Source: a virus
Taxonomy: Duplodnaviria; Caudoviricetes
Reading direction: 5' to 3' (one strand)
DNA: 56,659 bases
Virus record (IMG/VR): IMGVR_UViG_3300019935_000003
Location: 1 to 56,659 of that record
The translations under genes were made by a program, and so were the position numbers. This document shows, in pieces, positions 1 through 9,613 of the stretch (positions are counted from its first letter, which is position 1; every line of letters begins with the position of its first letter). Under the pieces are notes generated by a model that was not told the DNA's origin, made no database searches, and was given only the letters and a program-made list of their open reading frames with translations.

Positions 1-49
1 ATAAATTATAAATATCGTTTTTTTTGGTAAATATAATTAAAACAGCGGT

Positions 50-110
50 TTAGCTACTTTGGGGATGGTGGGTCTGGAGTGACTCGAACACTCGACCTGC
101 CGATTATGAG
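50..110. repeat. Left att site (displaced 3' half of the tRNA)
   Basis: TTAGCTACTTTGGGGATGGTGGGTCTGGAGTGACTCGAACACTCGACCTGCCGATTATGAG is identical to 56533-56593; identity ends at the anticodon loop; ATAATTAAAACAG (33-45) also recurs at 56516-56528. Confidence 0.95.
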
Positions 111-238
111 CCAGATTTTTTTTATTTTTTCGCCTTAAAAAACAATTATTTACACATAAGTTATTAAAATATAAATATATTTTTTACGTTTGTTTTTTGG
201 TGTATTTACAGGCAAAGATAAAGAAAAGGTAAAGTAAA

Positions 239-1177
239 ATGATGCAAAATAACGGTATATACTTGAGTGCAGAGGAGTTAAATTCTCTTTCAGGATTAGA
301 TACTTACACATTTAAGTTGTATGTTGTTTTTATCCGCCCTCTTATGAATTATGGTACACAAGAAGTTGGTGTATTTTCTAAAATTTCGCTAAAAGGCTTG
401 GCAGATAGATTGTCTGAGAAAAAACGACAAGGTAAAAAAGAGCTTTTATTTTCAGAGGATCAGATTGCATATATGCTAAAAAAATTAGAAGCGGTAGGGC
501 TTATAAAAAGGATAAGTATAGTAAGTAAGCAAGCTAAAAGACTTCAAATAAAATGCTTACTTGTTTCTGTTAAAGGTGTGACTGAAGGTGTAAAAAACGC
601 CGCTAAAAATGCAGCTAAAAAGGTGCAAAACGTTGTTAACGGTAAGAACTCAGAGTACTCCTTTAAAACAAGAGGAGGGGCGTATACAGCACTAAAACAA
701 AAGCAACTTGACATGCTTTATAAGAAGTATGGAAAGGCTGAAAACATTGATATTGATTTAGAGCTTGAACGCATACAAGGGTGGTGTGAAGAGCAAGAGG
801 ATAACAAGTTGTGGGTGCAGTGGAATATATATAAACACATAGAAAGATGGCTTTTAAAAGAAATTGAGGACGCAGGGAAGCCACGCCAACAGGCTAATTT
901 TTACAGCTCAAAAAAACAAGTAAATGATGTTAATGACGATGACATACAAGAGTGTCGCGATGGTTCGCAGCGTCACAATTTGGGTTATGCAGAGCTGCAC
1001 AAAAATAAACAAGATATGCCTGTAAACCCTGATGTACAGCGCATAATGGATATAGAAGATGGGGACGAGATGGAGGACGCATTAAGTGCCTTTTTAGACT
1101 CTCAAAATGTAGAAAAGCAGCAGCCTGTAAATATCAGTGACTTTTTATACACAGGAGAACAAGAATGTCGCATTTAG
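239..1177 (+). CDS. Putative phage replication initiator (N-terminal winged HTH)
   Basis: HTH-like N-terminus (SLKGLADRL...QIAYMLKKLEAVGLIKR); overlaps the downstream DnaC-like gene, the usual initiator-loader pair. Confidence 0.6.
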   Translation: MMQNNGIYLSAEELNSLSGLDTYTFKLYVVFIRPLMNYGTQEVGVFSKISLKGLADRLSEKKRQGKKELLFSEDQIAYMLKKLEAVGLIKRISIVSKQAKRLQIKCLLVSVKGVTEGVKNAAKNAAKKVQNVVNGKNSEYSFKTRGGAYTALKQKQLDMLYKKYGKAENIDIDLELERIQGWCEEQEDNKLWVQWNIYKHIERWLLKEIEDAGKPRQQANFYSSKKQVNDVNDDDIQECRDGSQRHNLGYAELHKNKQDMPVNPDVQRIMDIEDGDEMEDALSAFLDSQNVEKQQPVNISDFLYTGEQECRI

Positions 1178-1980
1178 CAGCAGCGGAAATATTAAGAAAT
1201 AGTCCACAACTTAGCTCTCTTATTAAAAGCGGGGAGTGGGTAGAAAGAAATTGCGATCAGCATGGTGCTTATAAAGCATGGGTTTTAGGTGGGGAATTTA
1301 AAGAGACAGGTTGTCCTGAGTGTAAAAAAGTACGCTCTCTTGTAGAACATCGCGCCAATATTGAAGCAGAGAAAGAAGAAATTCAAAAAAGAAAAATGCA
1401 GGAATTCATGGAAAGCGCAAGAGTTCCAAAGATTTACAAGTCAGCGTCTACAAAGCAACTCGATGGCTATGTGAGAGATAAGTGTGTTGAATTTCTTTCT
1501 AACTACAGAAGCACAGAATCCCTAAACATGATCATTAATGGCGGGGTAGGTAGCGGTAAGACTCACGCAGTGTGCGCAATGGTTAACTTTATTCTTTATA
1601 AAAAGATAGTTGAATCTGCATTTTCGGATACAGTTTTATTTGAAACTTGGCATGATATGGCTGATAAATTGCGTCGAGCGTCTTCATTGGATAGTGTAGA
1701 AGAAAACCCTATAGAGCTGTATAAAAACGTAGATTTATTGGTGATTGACGAGGTAGGCGGTGCAAGCTTGCGTACAGAAGCACAAATCGAGTGGTTTTTT
1801 AGAATAATGAATGCTAGGTATTCAGAGGGGAAAAATACAATTATTACTACAAACTTAAATGCTAGTCAATTAGAAAAAACGGTGGGAACAAGGTCTTATG
1901 ACAGACTTATGAATGGTAGTAGCTTAACGCTTGAAATTAAAGGAAAGTCAAGACGACAAGCTATACCAAAAACTTTATAA
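1165..1980 (+). CDS. DnaC/IstB-like AAA+ helicase loader
   Basis: CxxH...CPEC zinc motif, Walker A GGVGSGKT, Walker B LLVIDEVG, TIITTNL, RSYDRL. Confidence 0.9.
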   Translation: MSHLAAAEILRNSPQLSSLIKSGEWVERNCDQHGAYKAWVLGGEFKETGCPECKKVRSLVEHRANIEAEKEEIQKRKMQEFMESARVPKIYKSASTKQLDGYVRDKCVEFLSNYRSTESLNMIINGGVGSGKTHAVCAMVNFILYKKIVESAFSDTVLFETWHDMADKLRRASSLDSVEENPIELYKNVDLLVIDEVGGASLRTEAQIEWFFRIMNARYSEGKNTIITTNLNASQLEKTVGTRSYDRLMNGSSLTLEIKGKSRRQAIPKTL

Positions 1981-2051
1981 GAAAACGCAGTAAGAAAGGG
2001 CTAACAATCCTACGGCATTTACCCAACCAATTATACTAAAGGGGTATTGCA

Positions 2052-2348
2052 ATGTCTAGGGAAGCAAGTGTAAAAATAAAAAGGGTTTTTCATAAAATGG
2101 GTTATATTAATGAGCTTTCTCATGCACTCAGAGTTAAGCGAATCGGTCAAGGCTTAACACAAAAACAGCTTGCAAAAAACATAGGCACAACACAGCAGAC
2201 AATTTCAAGTTTTGAGCGTGCAGTAGGGTGCCAACTCCCTAATTCTTCACACTTAAGACCATACGCAAAAGAGTTGGGCTTTAAAAAATTTAACGATTTT
2301 ATTAGATTTGTAAATGAAAATTCTAAACCGAAACTTGAAAAAGATTAA
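2052..2348 (+). CDS. XRE-family HTH protein
   Basis: RIGQGLTQKQLAKNIGTTQQTISSFER. Confidence 0.85.
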   Translation: MSREASVKIKRVFHKMGYINELSHALRVKRIGQGLTQKQLAKNIGTTQQTISSFERAVGCQLPNSSHLRPYAKELGFKKFNDFIRFVNENSKPKLEKD

Positions 2349-2352
2349 AGTA

Positions 2353-3882
2353 TTATTTGTACATTCTATGCCCACCCATTTTGCGTCCTGCACCTGAAAA
2401 AACAGCCTTTTTATTAAGGCTCTCGTCAAATGTTAATGCCAATGCATCCCCCTCATCTGGGGAATGCTTGAGGCGTTTTTTTATGCTGTCTTTGCTTTCC
2501 AGTACGCGCCGCCCTTTCTGATCGTATTTATATGTTGGGGCAGTTAAGTCAGCATGTAATGAATTACTGTCAGGAATATCTACTTCACCAGTTTCTAACC
2601 ACTCTCGCATTAGCCACCACATTTCTGCACGCCGATTTACATATTCATCTTTTTTTATGGCACTGCTGCCAAAATTAACCCCGTTTATCAGACGTTTATA
2701 GTTTGTTTTATGTAGTATATCGACAACACCAGCACCTACGCCCCCCTCGTCAATATTCATGCTTTTTACATCATTATCCCTTAGAATTTCCTCACATTTT
2801 TCTGCAATTTGTGTAATGCTTAGTTTGCTATATGTTTGTATTTTCTCGCATTTATTACCGCGCCTCAGTACTATGGCTGTGTTATCGTCACCAAATCGCG
2901 CGGGATCTACCCCTACTATTAGATCCTCCCAGCCTGTTAAATTCGCCTTATTTTCCCTTGCCTTCATGACAATACTTGGAATTATTAATGCATTCTCATT
3001 GGAACTTTGGAATGCTTCAATGTCATTAAGCGGATAGTCTCGTTTAAACCTGTACAACCCATCACTACCAAATTTCCCGATCTTCATTCTGCGCCAAACA
3101 ATTTGCTCTAAATCCAGCCCATACTCTTGCATAAGCTCATGCTCTTCAGGCTTTAATATGAAATCCTTAGGCACTTTGTGGCGGTATTCCTGCTGCAATG
3201 TCCAACTGAGAAAAACAGGAATAAATTCATTTTCTCCCCTCTTGGCTAACTCCCATATGTCATAAAATAAATTATTCATACCATTGGCTGTACTTTCTAA
3301 AATAACTTCTGTACCTGCTGCATTGGGAACAGTCTCCATTACACCAGAAGCGTGCTCGTAAGAATTTGCCCAAAAACCCACCTCCGATGCATGAAAATTA
3401 TGTGTTGTCCCACTGCGTCCTGTAGACTTATTCTCAGAAGTACCAATGGTGTAATCACTTGTTAATCCTCCAAAATCTAGGACTTTAGAATTATTTTTTC
3501 TGATGCTTGGCTTTATGAATTCAGGTAGGTTTTCATAAAACAGTTTTGACATGTTAAAAATTTTAGTCGATGCCGCCAACTCATGGGCTAGAATGTACGT
3601 GACGCGCCCCCTATTCATTGTTGTATTATGAAAAAAGCGTCCTTCTGTGTACGTTGAAATACCTTGCTGTCTACCCTTTAATACAATAGCCCTAACAACC
3701 CCTATATCTCTTTTTTGTTGTTCAATAATATTATGCAAAAATCTTTGTGATTCATTTATCTTTAATGCCTCCATGCGTCCATTTTTAGTCCTTATTTTTA
3801 GGGCGTGGTGCATATAAAAAATCAAATCATTTCTAAATTTTTGCCGCATTATATTTCTATTCATCAGTGGGCATTCCTGCAT
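2353..3882 (-). CDS. terL: Terminase large subunit
   Basis: LKGRQQGIST, HASEVGFW, ILESTANG, nuclease motifs GVDPARFGDD and SPDEGDALALTF. Confidence 0.93.
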   Translation of the reverse strand: MQECPLMNRNIMRQKFRNDLIFYMHHALKIRTKNGRMEALKINESQRFLHNIIEQQKRDIGVVRAIVLKGRQQGISTYTEGRFFHNTTMNRGRVTYILAHELAASTKIFNMSKLFYENLPEFIKPSIRKNNSKVLDFGGLTSDYTIGTSENKSTGRSGTTHNFHASEVGFWANSYEHASGVMETVPNAAGTEVILESTANGMNNLFYDIWELAKRGENEFIPVFLSWTLQQEYRHKVPKDFILKPEEHELMQEYGLDLEQIVWRRMKIGKFGSDGLYRFKRDYPLNDIEAFQSSNENALIIPSIVMKARENKANLTGWEDLIVGVDPARFGDDNTAIVLRRGNKCEKIQTYSKLSITQIAEKCEEILRDNDVKSMNIDEGGVGAGVVDILHKTNYKRLINGVNFGSSAIKKDEYVNRRAEMWWLMREWLETGEVDIPDSNSLHADLTAPTYKYDQKGRRVLESKDSIKKRLKHSPDEGDALALTFDESLNKKAVFSGAGRKMGGHRMYK

Positions 3883-4354
3883 CTTTCATCCACTGATCAA
3901 AGGAATCTTCTATTTTATTTGCGCCTAAATCATTTTTAAGTCTTTCTATTGCTTTATCTTTTGTGTATAGCTTGTATTTATATACTATTTTACCATTCCC
4001 CTCTGAGTCTAAATGCTCCACAATTGTAGCCTCTTGGACTGCTGCACGAATATGTGTAGGGAATTTATGAGGGCGCAAAGGTTCCCCTGTATTTTTATCA
4101 AATAACTCTGTGAAATCAGAAAAAGCAACACACATATCATGATAATTAATATGTAATGATGTTAGGCTTTTATCTCGCTCATTTAGTAAAGTTTTGCGCC
4201 TTTCTATATCACCTTGAATCCGTTCATTTTCTAGCTCTTGCTGTACTTCACCTTGTGTTTTTTTGCCCTTATGCGCGCCATTTTCTGCAAAGTAATCAAT
4301 GACATATTGGTCTAAATATGTCTTGCCTTTCTGTTTACTATCCATTTCATCCAC
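3857..4354 (-). CDS. terS: Terminase small subunit
   Basis: Overlaps the terL start; KYKLYTKDKAIERL C-terminal motif typical of small subunits. Confidence 0.7.
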   Translation of the reverse strand: MDEMDSKQKGKTYLDQYVIDYFAENGAHKGKKTQGEVQQELENERIQGDIERRKTLLNERDKSLTSLHINYHDMCVAFSDFTELFDKNTGEPLRPHKFPTHIRAAVQEATIVEHLDSEGNGKIVYKYKLYTKDKAIERLKNDLGANKIEDSFDQWMKDAGMPTDE

Positions 4355-4431
4355 TAACCTTTTCCTATATAATAAAACAAGTATGTATTGTATTTTACAC
4401 TATTATTTGTTATAGGAGCGAATAAACACCC

Positions 4432-5988
4432 ATGCCAAAGCCAAAATCTAGCAGTCTAACAAAGCAACAGGTTTATGATATTATTAATGATATCATTGAC
4501 TTAGATAGTATTGAACATGATAAAATTTTAACGGGTATTGGTATTACAAGGGGGCAACTTGAAGGTGTATTAAAAGATACAGAAATTGATGGAGTATTTA
4601 GTATACGTCTAAATTCTCTATTATCTTATGTCTCAAGAGAAGCCAAAGCGAACGGGAAAAAAAGCCATGAAAAACAAGAATTAAGAGAATCAAGATTATT
4701 AAAATTGGCAGGTGAAAAACATCCGCTTTATGATCATATTTATGATTGCGTGATGGATAATCTTGTTGTTTTTTCAAGAATGGTAATAAATTCATTAAAA
4801 TTTGGTAACAGTGTTACACAGCTGATTTATAAAGAAAAAGATGGTATTTTTATTCCTAATGAGTTGCTGGAGAGTCCAGTGGACTGGTTTTTCCCACTTG
4901 ACAGAATGCATATTTTCACACGCAAGGACGGTGTAGAGAGCTTAAGCAACCTAAGCTGGTCAAGCGGTATATCCCTTATAGGGGTTAATACAGGTGTCAA
5001 TAATGATTCGCTTCTGGACGTTGATAGAAAGTTTCTTTTGTTACGTAACGAGGCAACACACACCAAACCGCGCGGTGTAGCGATGCTTGCAAAATTATGG
5101 TGGTTTCAATTTTTTAAGCAAAACGGTTGGGGATATTGGGCTGATTTTTTAGAGTCCAGTGCTGTGCAGCGTGTCATAGGAGAGGGAAAAGACCCCGAAA
5201 TGATAGCGGAAAGCCTAGGAATGTTGGTTAATAATAGTGTAGCTGGTGTTCCGCAAGGTACTAATATTAAAGAGATTCCAGCGTCTAGCAATGGTGAAGC
5301 ATTCGACTCCTTTGAAAAGAGAATTGTTACACGCATATGGATGTATGTATTGGGACGCGCGCCCCTCTCTGAAATGAGTACAGGATCGCGTGCTGGTCAG
5401 CAGTCAGAGGATTTGCTTAGACTGGATTTGCTACAGTCGGATGTATTTAAATTCTTTGAAGTTTTGAACAAATTCACGGCTATGATTTGCCGCGCCAATG
5501 GGTTACCTGATGATGAATTAACTTGGTATTTTGATAATGAGGCGGGTATACGGCGCGAATTAGCGGATCGTGATGCTGTGCTTGCAAGCTCTCTAGGTGT
5601 CCAGTTTAGTGCTGACTATGTTGCAAGAGAATACAACATAGAGTTAAGTGATATAGAAATTCAAGAAAAACAAAGCGGTACATCGGCGGGGAATTTGTCC
5701 AGTAAGAAAGAAAGCATGATGTTTTCCAATACTGAAGAAAAAGCGGCGGAAAAACAGCATGATCAACTGGATAGTATTATTGAAAATGCAGCAGAAAGTG
5801 ATGATGTAAATGATATGGTACTCCAAGTGCTGAAAAACTCAGAAAATAAAGATGATTTTATAAAGCAGCTCGCATTATGTGCAAGCTATGGTGCAATGGG
5901 GGTTGATAATGAGCTACTTAATATAGTAGACACTGCATCCTTGTTAGGGCTTGCTAATGTCCAAAATGAGAGCAAAGACAATGCCTAA
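4432..5988 (+). CDS. Portal protein, Mu gp29/DUF935-like
   Basis: PRGVAMLAKLWW...WADFLE, GSRAGQQ..LRLDL and DYVAREYNI motifs; precedes a gpF-like gene. Confidence 0.75.
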   Translation: MPKPKSSSLTKQQVYDIINDIIDLDSIEHDKILTGIGITRGQLEGVLKDTEIDGVFSIRLNSLLSYVSREAKANGKKSHEKQELRESRLLKLAGEKHPLYDHIYDCVMDNLVVFSRMVINSLKFGNSVTQLIYKEKDGIFIPNELLESPVDWFFPLDRMHIFTRKDGVESLSNLSWSSGISLIGVNTGVNNDSLLDVDRKFLLLRNEATHTKPRGVAMLAKLWWFQFFKQNGWGYWADFLESSAVQRVIGEGKDPEMIAESLGMLVNNSVAGVPQGTNIKEIPASSNGEAFDSFEKRIVTRIWMYVLGRAPLSEMSTGSRAGQQSEDLLRLDLLQSDVFKFFEVLNKFTAMICRANGLPDDELTWYFDNEAGIRRELADRDAVLASSLGVQFSADYVAREYNIELSDIEIQEKQSGTSAGNLSSKKESMMFSNTEEKAAEKQHDQLDSIIENAAESDDVNDMVLQVLKNSENKDDFIKQLALCASYGAMGVDNELLNIVDTASLLGLANVQNESKDNA

Positions 5989-7186
5989 TATTCTCAATAC
6001 ACAAACATCCTTGGCTTTTAAGCAAGCAATTGAATCCGCTAAAAAGCGCGGCATTGTTCTGCCAAACGACTACTACACAAAGATTTTTGGTGGTTCCCGC
6101 GCCAAATATTTCAGCATTTCAACACTTAAAACAACGGCTTCTATACGCCATGTAATGGACTCATTAGAGAGTGCGTTAAGCGATGGGCAAAGCTTCCAAG
6201 CTTGGAAAAAAGAACAGCAGAAAAACAGCGGGGAATTACTGCATTTAAGCAAGCAAAGAAAAGAGTTAATTTTTAGAAATGCCATGATGACAGCCTATGC
6301 AGAGGGACGTTGTGCACAGTTTAAAGAGAATGAAGACACACACCCATACTTGCTGTATTTAACCGTAGGGGACGCGCGTGTAAGGGATGAGCACGCAGGA
6401 ATGCATAATTATGTTGCAAAAAAAGTGGCTAAAATTTGGCGATCATGGTTTGCCCCTAATGGTCACGGTTGCCGCTGCACAGTCATGCAGCTAACAGAAA
6501 AGCAGGCAATGCAGCGCATAGAAGCCGACAAGGCAGAATTAAGATCCGATAAGGAAAAAGCGCAAGCACGTATAGACTCCTTAAGTACCCCCCCTGACTG
6601 GAATTACTCAGTGTGTTCTGAGTCTAACAAACCAGCAGAAAATGCAGTAAATGAGCTACTGGATAAGGCAAAGAATGAAGACAACAAGGACTCCTTAGAG
6701 CTGGAGTTTTTAAAAGCACTGCTTATTGAGTTAACAGAAATAGAGGAAAAATTAAGCGATAAAAACCAGCTTGCCAAGAAAATAAGCAAGCAAAAAACAG
6801 AAACCAAGAAAGGAGAAAAAGAAGCAGAAAAACAACGTGATATGATTTTTGTTTCTCATATTTTAGATTTAATAGAGGGTCAGTTTTCTGCACTTCTGTT
6901 TAAGTATTTTTTACCTAATAAGGTGGAATTGAGCAAACAGAAAGCATTACTTGATGATGTGAAAAGCATGATTTTTAAGGACTTTTTTGATTATCTTGTG
7001 GAGCAGGATGACATACTTATGTTTATGCTTGACTTGGAAAAAGAGCATATACAAGAAAGAATGGCTAGTAAGCTAATCGACCCCAACCTAATAAAATCTG
7101 TTAACCAGTGGGGCGATAAGTACAAGAAATTAAAGGATATTGTGTTGAGTAGTGCGGGTATAGAGGATATACGCGCCATTTTTTAA
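5981..7186 (+). CDS. Minor head morphogenesis protein (Mu gpF / SPP1 gp7 family)
   Basis: YLTVGDARVRDEH...W..WFAPNGHGCRC signature; ATG at 5981 overlaps the portal stop. Confidence 0.88.
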   Translation: MPNILNTQTSLAFKQAIESAKKRGIVLPNDYYTKIFGGSRAKYFSISTLKTTASIRHVMDSLESALSDGQSFQAWKKEQQKNSGELLHLSKQRKELIFRNAMMTAYAEGRCAQFKENEDTHPYLLYLTVGDARVRDEHAGMHNYVAKKVAKIWRSWFAPNGHGCRCTVMQLTEKQAMQRIEADKAELRSDKEKAQARIDSLSTPPDWNYSVCSESNKPAENAVNELLDKAKNEDNKDSLELEFLKALLIELTEIEEKLSDKNQLAKKISKQKTETKKGEKEAEKQRDMIFVSHILDLIEGQFSALLFKYFLPNKVELSKQKALLDDVKSMIFKDFFDYLVEQDDILMFMLDLEKEHIQERMASKLIDPNLIKSVNQWGDKYKKLKDIVLSSAGIEDIRAIF

Positions 7187-7198
7187 TTACATAAAATA

Positions 7199-7259
7199 AC
7201 AATTTAATTTAAATATTTTAAATTATTTGGTTGACTTAAATGTATGACTATCCTATAAT
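7199..7259 (+). promoter_or_regulatory. Conserved cassette promoter P1
   Basis: TTGACT(7231)-17-TATAAT(7254), preceded by ACAATTTAATTTAAA 32 bp upstream of the -35. Confidence 0.85.
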
Positions 7260-7311
7260 GAAATCACTTTATAGGAAAACGCAACACATCAAGAAAAAAG
7301 GGCTTTTAATT

Positions 7312-8745
7312 ATGACTTCATTAAAAGGTAAAAACGTAATAGCAACAGTTATTCCTAACACCTCGAAAGGAAAAAAAGGTATTAACTACAACACGCATAA
7401 TTTATGCATTTTCAAGGTTGAGCGTGAAACAGCTAAACGTGCATACATTGAAATTGATGGGCAAGAAATTGCTTTTGAAAAGGAAAGTGGCGCTCTTTAT
7501 GGTGAAGGGCGTGATTTAGCGGTTGCTGTAGCCTTCTTTACATTAGAAGAGCTTGAAAAAATGTGTTCAAGTATTAGCTCTTTCTTGCCGATTGTGCGCG
7601 AATTATACCAACGCGCCCTTGGTGTTATTCGTGAATATGAAAATACGGAAAAGGTAAAAAAAGCTAAACATAATAGTGTTGTGGCTGAAGTTCGATGCCA
7701 TATTATTTTTGAGCAAATGGTAGAAGAGTGGCGCAAAGAAGATGGGTATAAAGGTATAAATGCAGCAATGTTACAACGTGCGTACACAAACTTAAGTGCA
7801 CGCGGCTATATTCAGAAAACAGGTGCTTGTAGTAAAAAAGGTGATTCTGTTGAGCAAATATTTTCTAAGCTCATGCAGGGCTACGGAAAAGAAGACGGCA
7901 TGGTTTATACCAAAAATCAACACGGATTATGGGATATTGTCGATGTAAATGAGGTGGTTACTTTACATACGCCCGTTTCTGATATATCAGAACAAGAAGA
8001 AAAAGGCTTTAAAAAACAATTGTTTTCTGAGCTTTGGGAGGATTTAGAAGCTAAAGGATTAAGCAAGCCTTACAACACGAAACATGCAGGGCTTACTTTT
8101 AAGCTTGCTAATATAGAGCTTTTTTCTTACACGCTTCTTAATTTCAAAGAAGGTATTGTAAAAAACGGTTTGGAAAGTTACATACTAGAAAATGATGTTA
8201 CGAATACATTGCATCATAACACTTTGAAAATTATTAAAACTTTCCTAAAGCAACAAGGTTTTAAACTTCAACGCATAGGTAAATGTGGTAGCTTTGACTA
8301 CAAAGTACTTTCCAAAGAAATGCACTTAAAAGTAAAGCTTGAAAAGCAACGTAAAAAGCAACGTAAATTAACGCGCCAAACTCTGAAAATTCAAGGTAAA
8401 CTTGACAAGTTAAAACAGGCGAAAATTCAGCATAATCGGTCTGTTGATTTGAGCGGTTACCAGTCCGAAGAATTTGAAATTAAGCTTGAATGCTTTGATA
8501 ATCAAGATGTTAAATACGCACTAATTCATAAAAAAAATGTAGGCACAGTAAGTTCTGTAAAAAAAGGAATTTGGGGTAAAAATTGGGCGATTTATGGTAT
8601 GGATTTTAGCGCAAACAAAGGGGAATATGAGCGCATAGAGGATGCTGTGCAAGCTATGTGGGATACTAAAGAGCAAGAGCTTAAACACTGGCAAGAGCGC
8701 GGACATTTTGCTGTAGAACAAGGTTACAAGGAGGAAGCTGCATAA
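7312..8745 (+). CDS. Hypothetical multidomain early protein
   Basis: Long ORF; the track start at 7240 lies inside promoter P1, so ATG 7312 is preferred. Confidence 0.7.
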   Translation: MTSLKGKNVIATVIPNTSKGKKGINYNTHNLCIFKVERETAKRAYIEIDGQEIAFEKESGALYGEGRDLAVAVAFFTLEELEKMCSSISSFLPIVRELYQRALGVIREYENTEKVKKAKHNSVVAEVRCHIIFEQMVEEWRKEDGYKGINAAMLQRAYTNLSARGYIQKTGACSKKGDSVEQIFSKLMQGYGKEDGMVYTKNQHGLWDIVDVNEVVTLHTPVSDISEQEEKGFKKQLFSELWEDLEAKGLSKPYNTKHAGLTFKLANIELFSYTLLNFKEGIVKNGLESYILENDVTNTLHHNTLKIIKTFLKQQGFKLQRIGKCGSFDYKVLSKEMHLKVKLEKQRKKQRKLTRQTLKIQGKLDKLKQAKIQHNRSVDLSGYQSEEFEIKLECFDNQDVKYALIHKKNVGTVSSVKKGIWGKNWAIYGMDFSANKGEYERIEDAVQAMWDTKEQELKHWQERGHFAVEQGYKEEAA

Positions 8746-8775
8746 TACATTTATTTAAGTCAATTAAATTTTTTA

Positions 8776-8835
8776 ACAATTTATTTTAAGAATTTTAAAT
8801 TATTAGGTTGACTTAAATATTAAGGAGCGTATAAT
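8776..8835 (+). promoter_or_regulatory. Conserved cassette promoter P2
   Basis: TTGACT(8808)-16-TATAAT(8830) with the same upstream element. Confidence 0.8.
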
Positions 8836-8907
8836 ACTACACATGTTAAAGATAAAGCCGCCCACAACGGGAAGGCGCAAAACCAGCGAAAGCAAGGTAA
8901 TTAAAAC

Positions 8908-9396
8908 ATGAAATATTTTGAAGGCTTAACAAAAGTTGAAGACGTTAAAACACTATTCAGACGTTTAGCAATGAAAAACCACCCAGATCGTGGTGGGGAT
9001 ACCGCAACATTTCAAGAGATTCAAGCCCAGTACCAATCTGCATTACGCGGCTGCAACGGTAGTACAAGCACAGGCAGCGACGGAAAAGAGCACACATACA
9101 AATACAATGAAGAATCTGAAATTGATTTAATGGATAAAATAAATGCTTTTCTAGCTCTTAATATGGAAAACGTCAATATTATGCTTATCGGTGTGTGGAT
9201 TTGGATTGATGGAGACACAAAGCCCCATAAGGATAAATTAAAAGAGTTAGGTTGTAAATGGCATGGGCGGCGTAAATGTTGGTATTTCCACAATCAGAAA
9301 AAACGATTCGGTAAGTATAGCAAAGGCAGTTTAGACGAATTAGCCGCAAAGTATGGGCAAAAGGGATTTACAAGAAAGTCTAATAATTTAAGGTAG
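8908..9396 (+). CDS. J-domain (DnaJ-like) protein
   Basis: VKTLFRRLAMKNHPDRGGD contains the HPD motif; C-terminal KLKELGCKWHGRRKCWY domain. Confidence 0.85.
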   Translation: MKYFEGLTKVEDVKTLFRRLAMKNHPDRGGDTATFQEIQAQYQSALRGCNGSTSTGSDGKEHTYKYNEESEIDLMDKINAFLALNMENVNIMLIGVWIWIDGDTKPHKDKLKELGCKWHGRRKCWYFHNQKKRFGKYSKGSLDELAAKYGQKGFTRKSNNLR

Positions 9397-9613
9397 GATT
9401 GAAGCAGGGGGGCAAATGATAATAAGCCCCCTTAAACCCTTATAGGGAGTCATTTTATTTTGATATATTTGACATATATATCACTTATCTCATAAACCCT
9501 TATGGGGATTTTAAGGTGGTGGAGGGGTGAATGCTCACAAGCCCTATACCGTTTTATTATAATCTCACAAGCAACAAGATAAATCAATTTTTTTAAAGGA
9601 TAAAAGTTTATTT

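Noticed and set aside
66-110. Second tRNA gene at the left end
   Set aside because: Only the 3' half is present; it is the att duplication
7240-7311. Shared N-terminal peptide MKSLYRKTQH in the ORFs starting at 7240 and 13017
   Set aside because: These in-frame starts overlap the promoter boxes; the similarity is better explained as a conserved promoter and 5' UTR
9433-9508. Mini CRISPR array (60-bp period)
   Set aside because: Only two 16-bp copies, a palindromic spacer and no cas genes
9537-9550. 14-bp match ACAAGCCCTATACC with ~50057
   Set aside because: Several 14-bp matches are expected by chance in 56 kb and the flanks do not align
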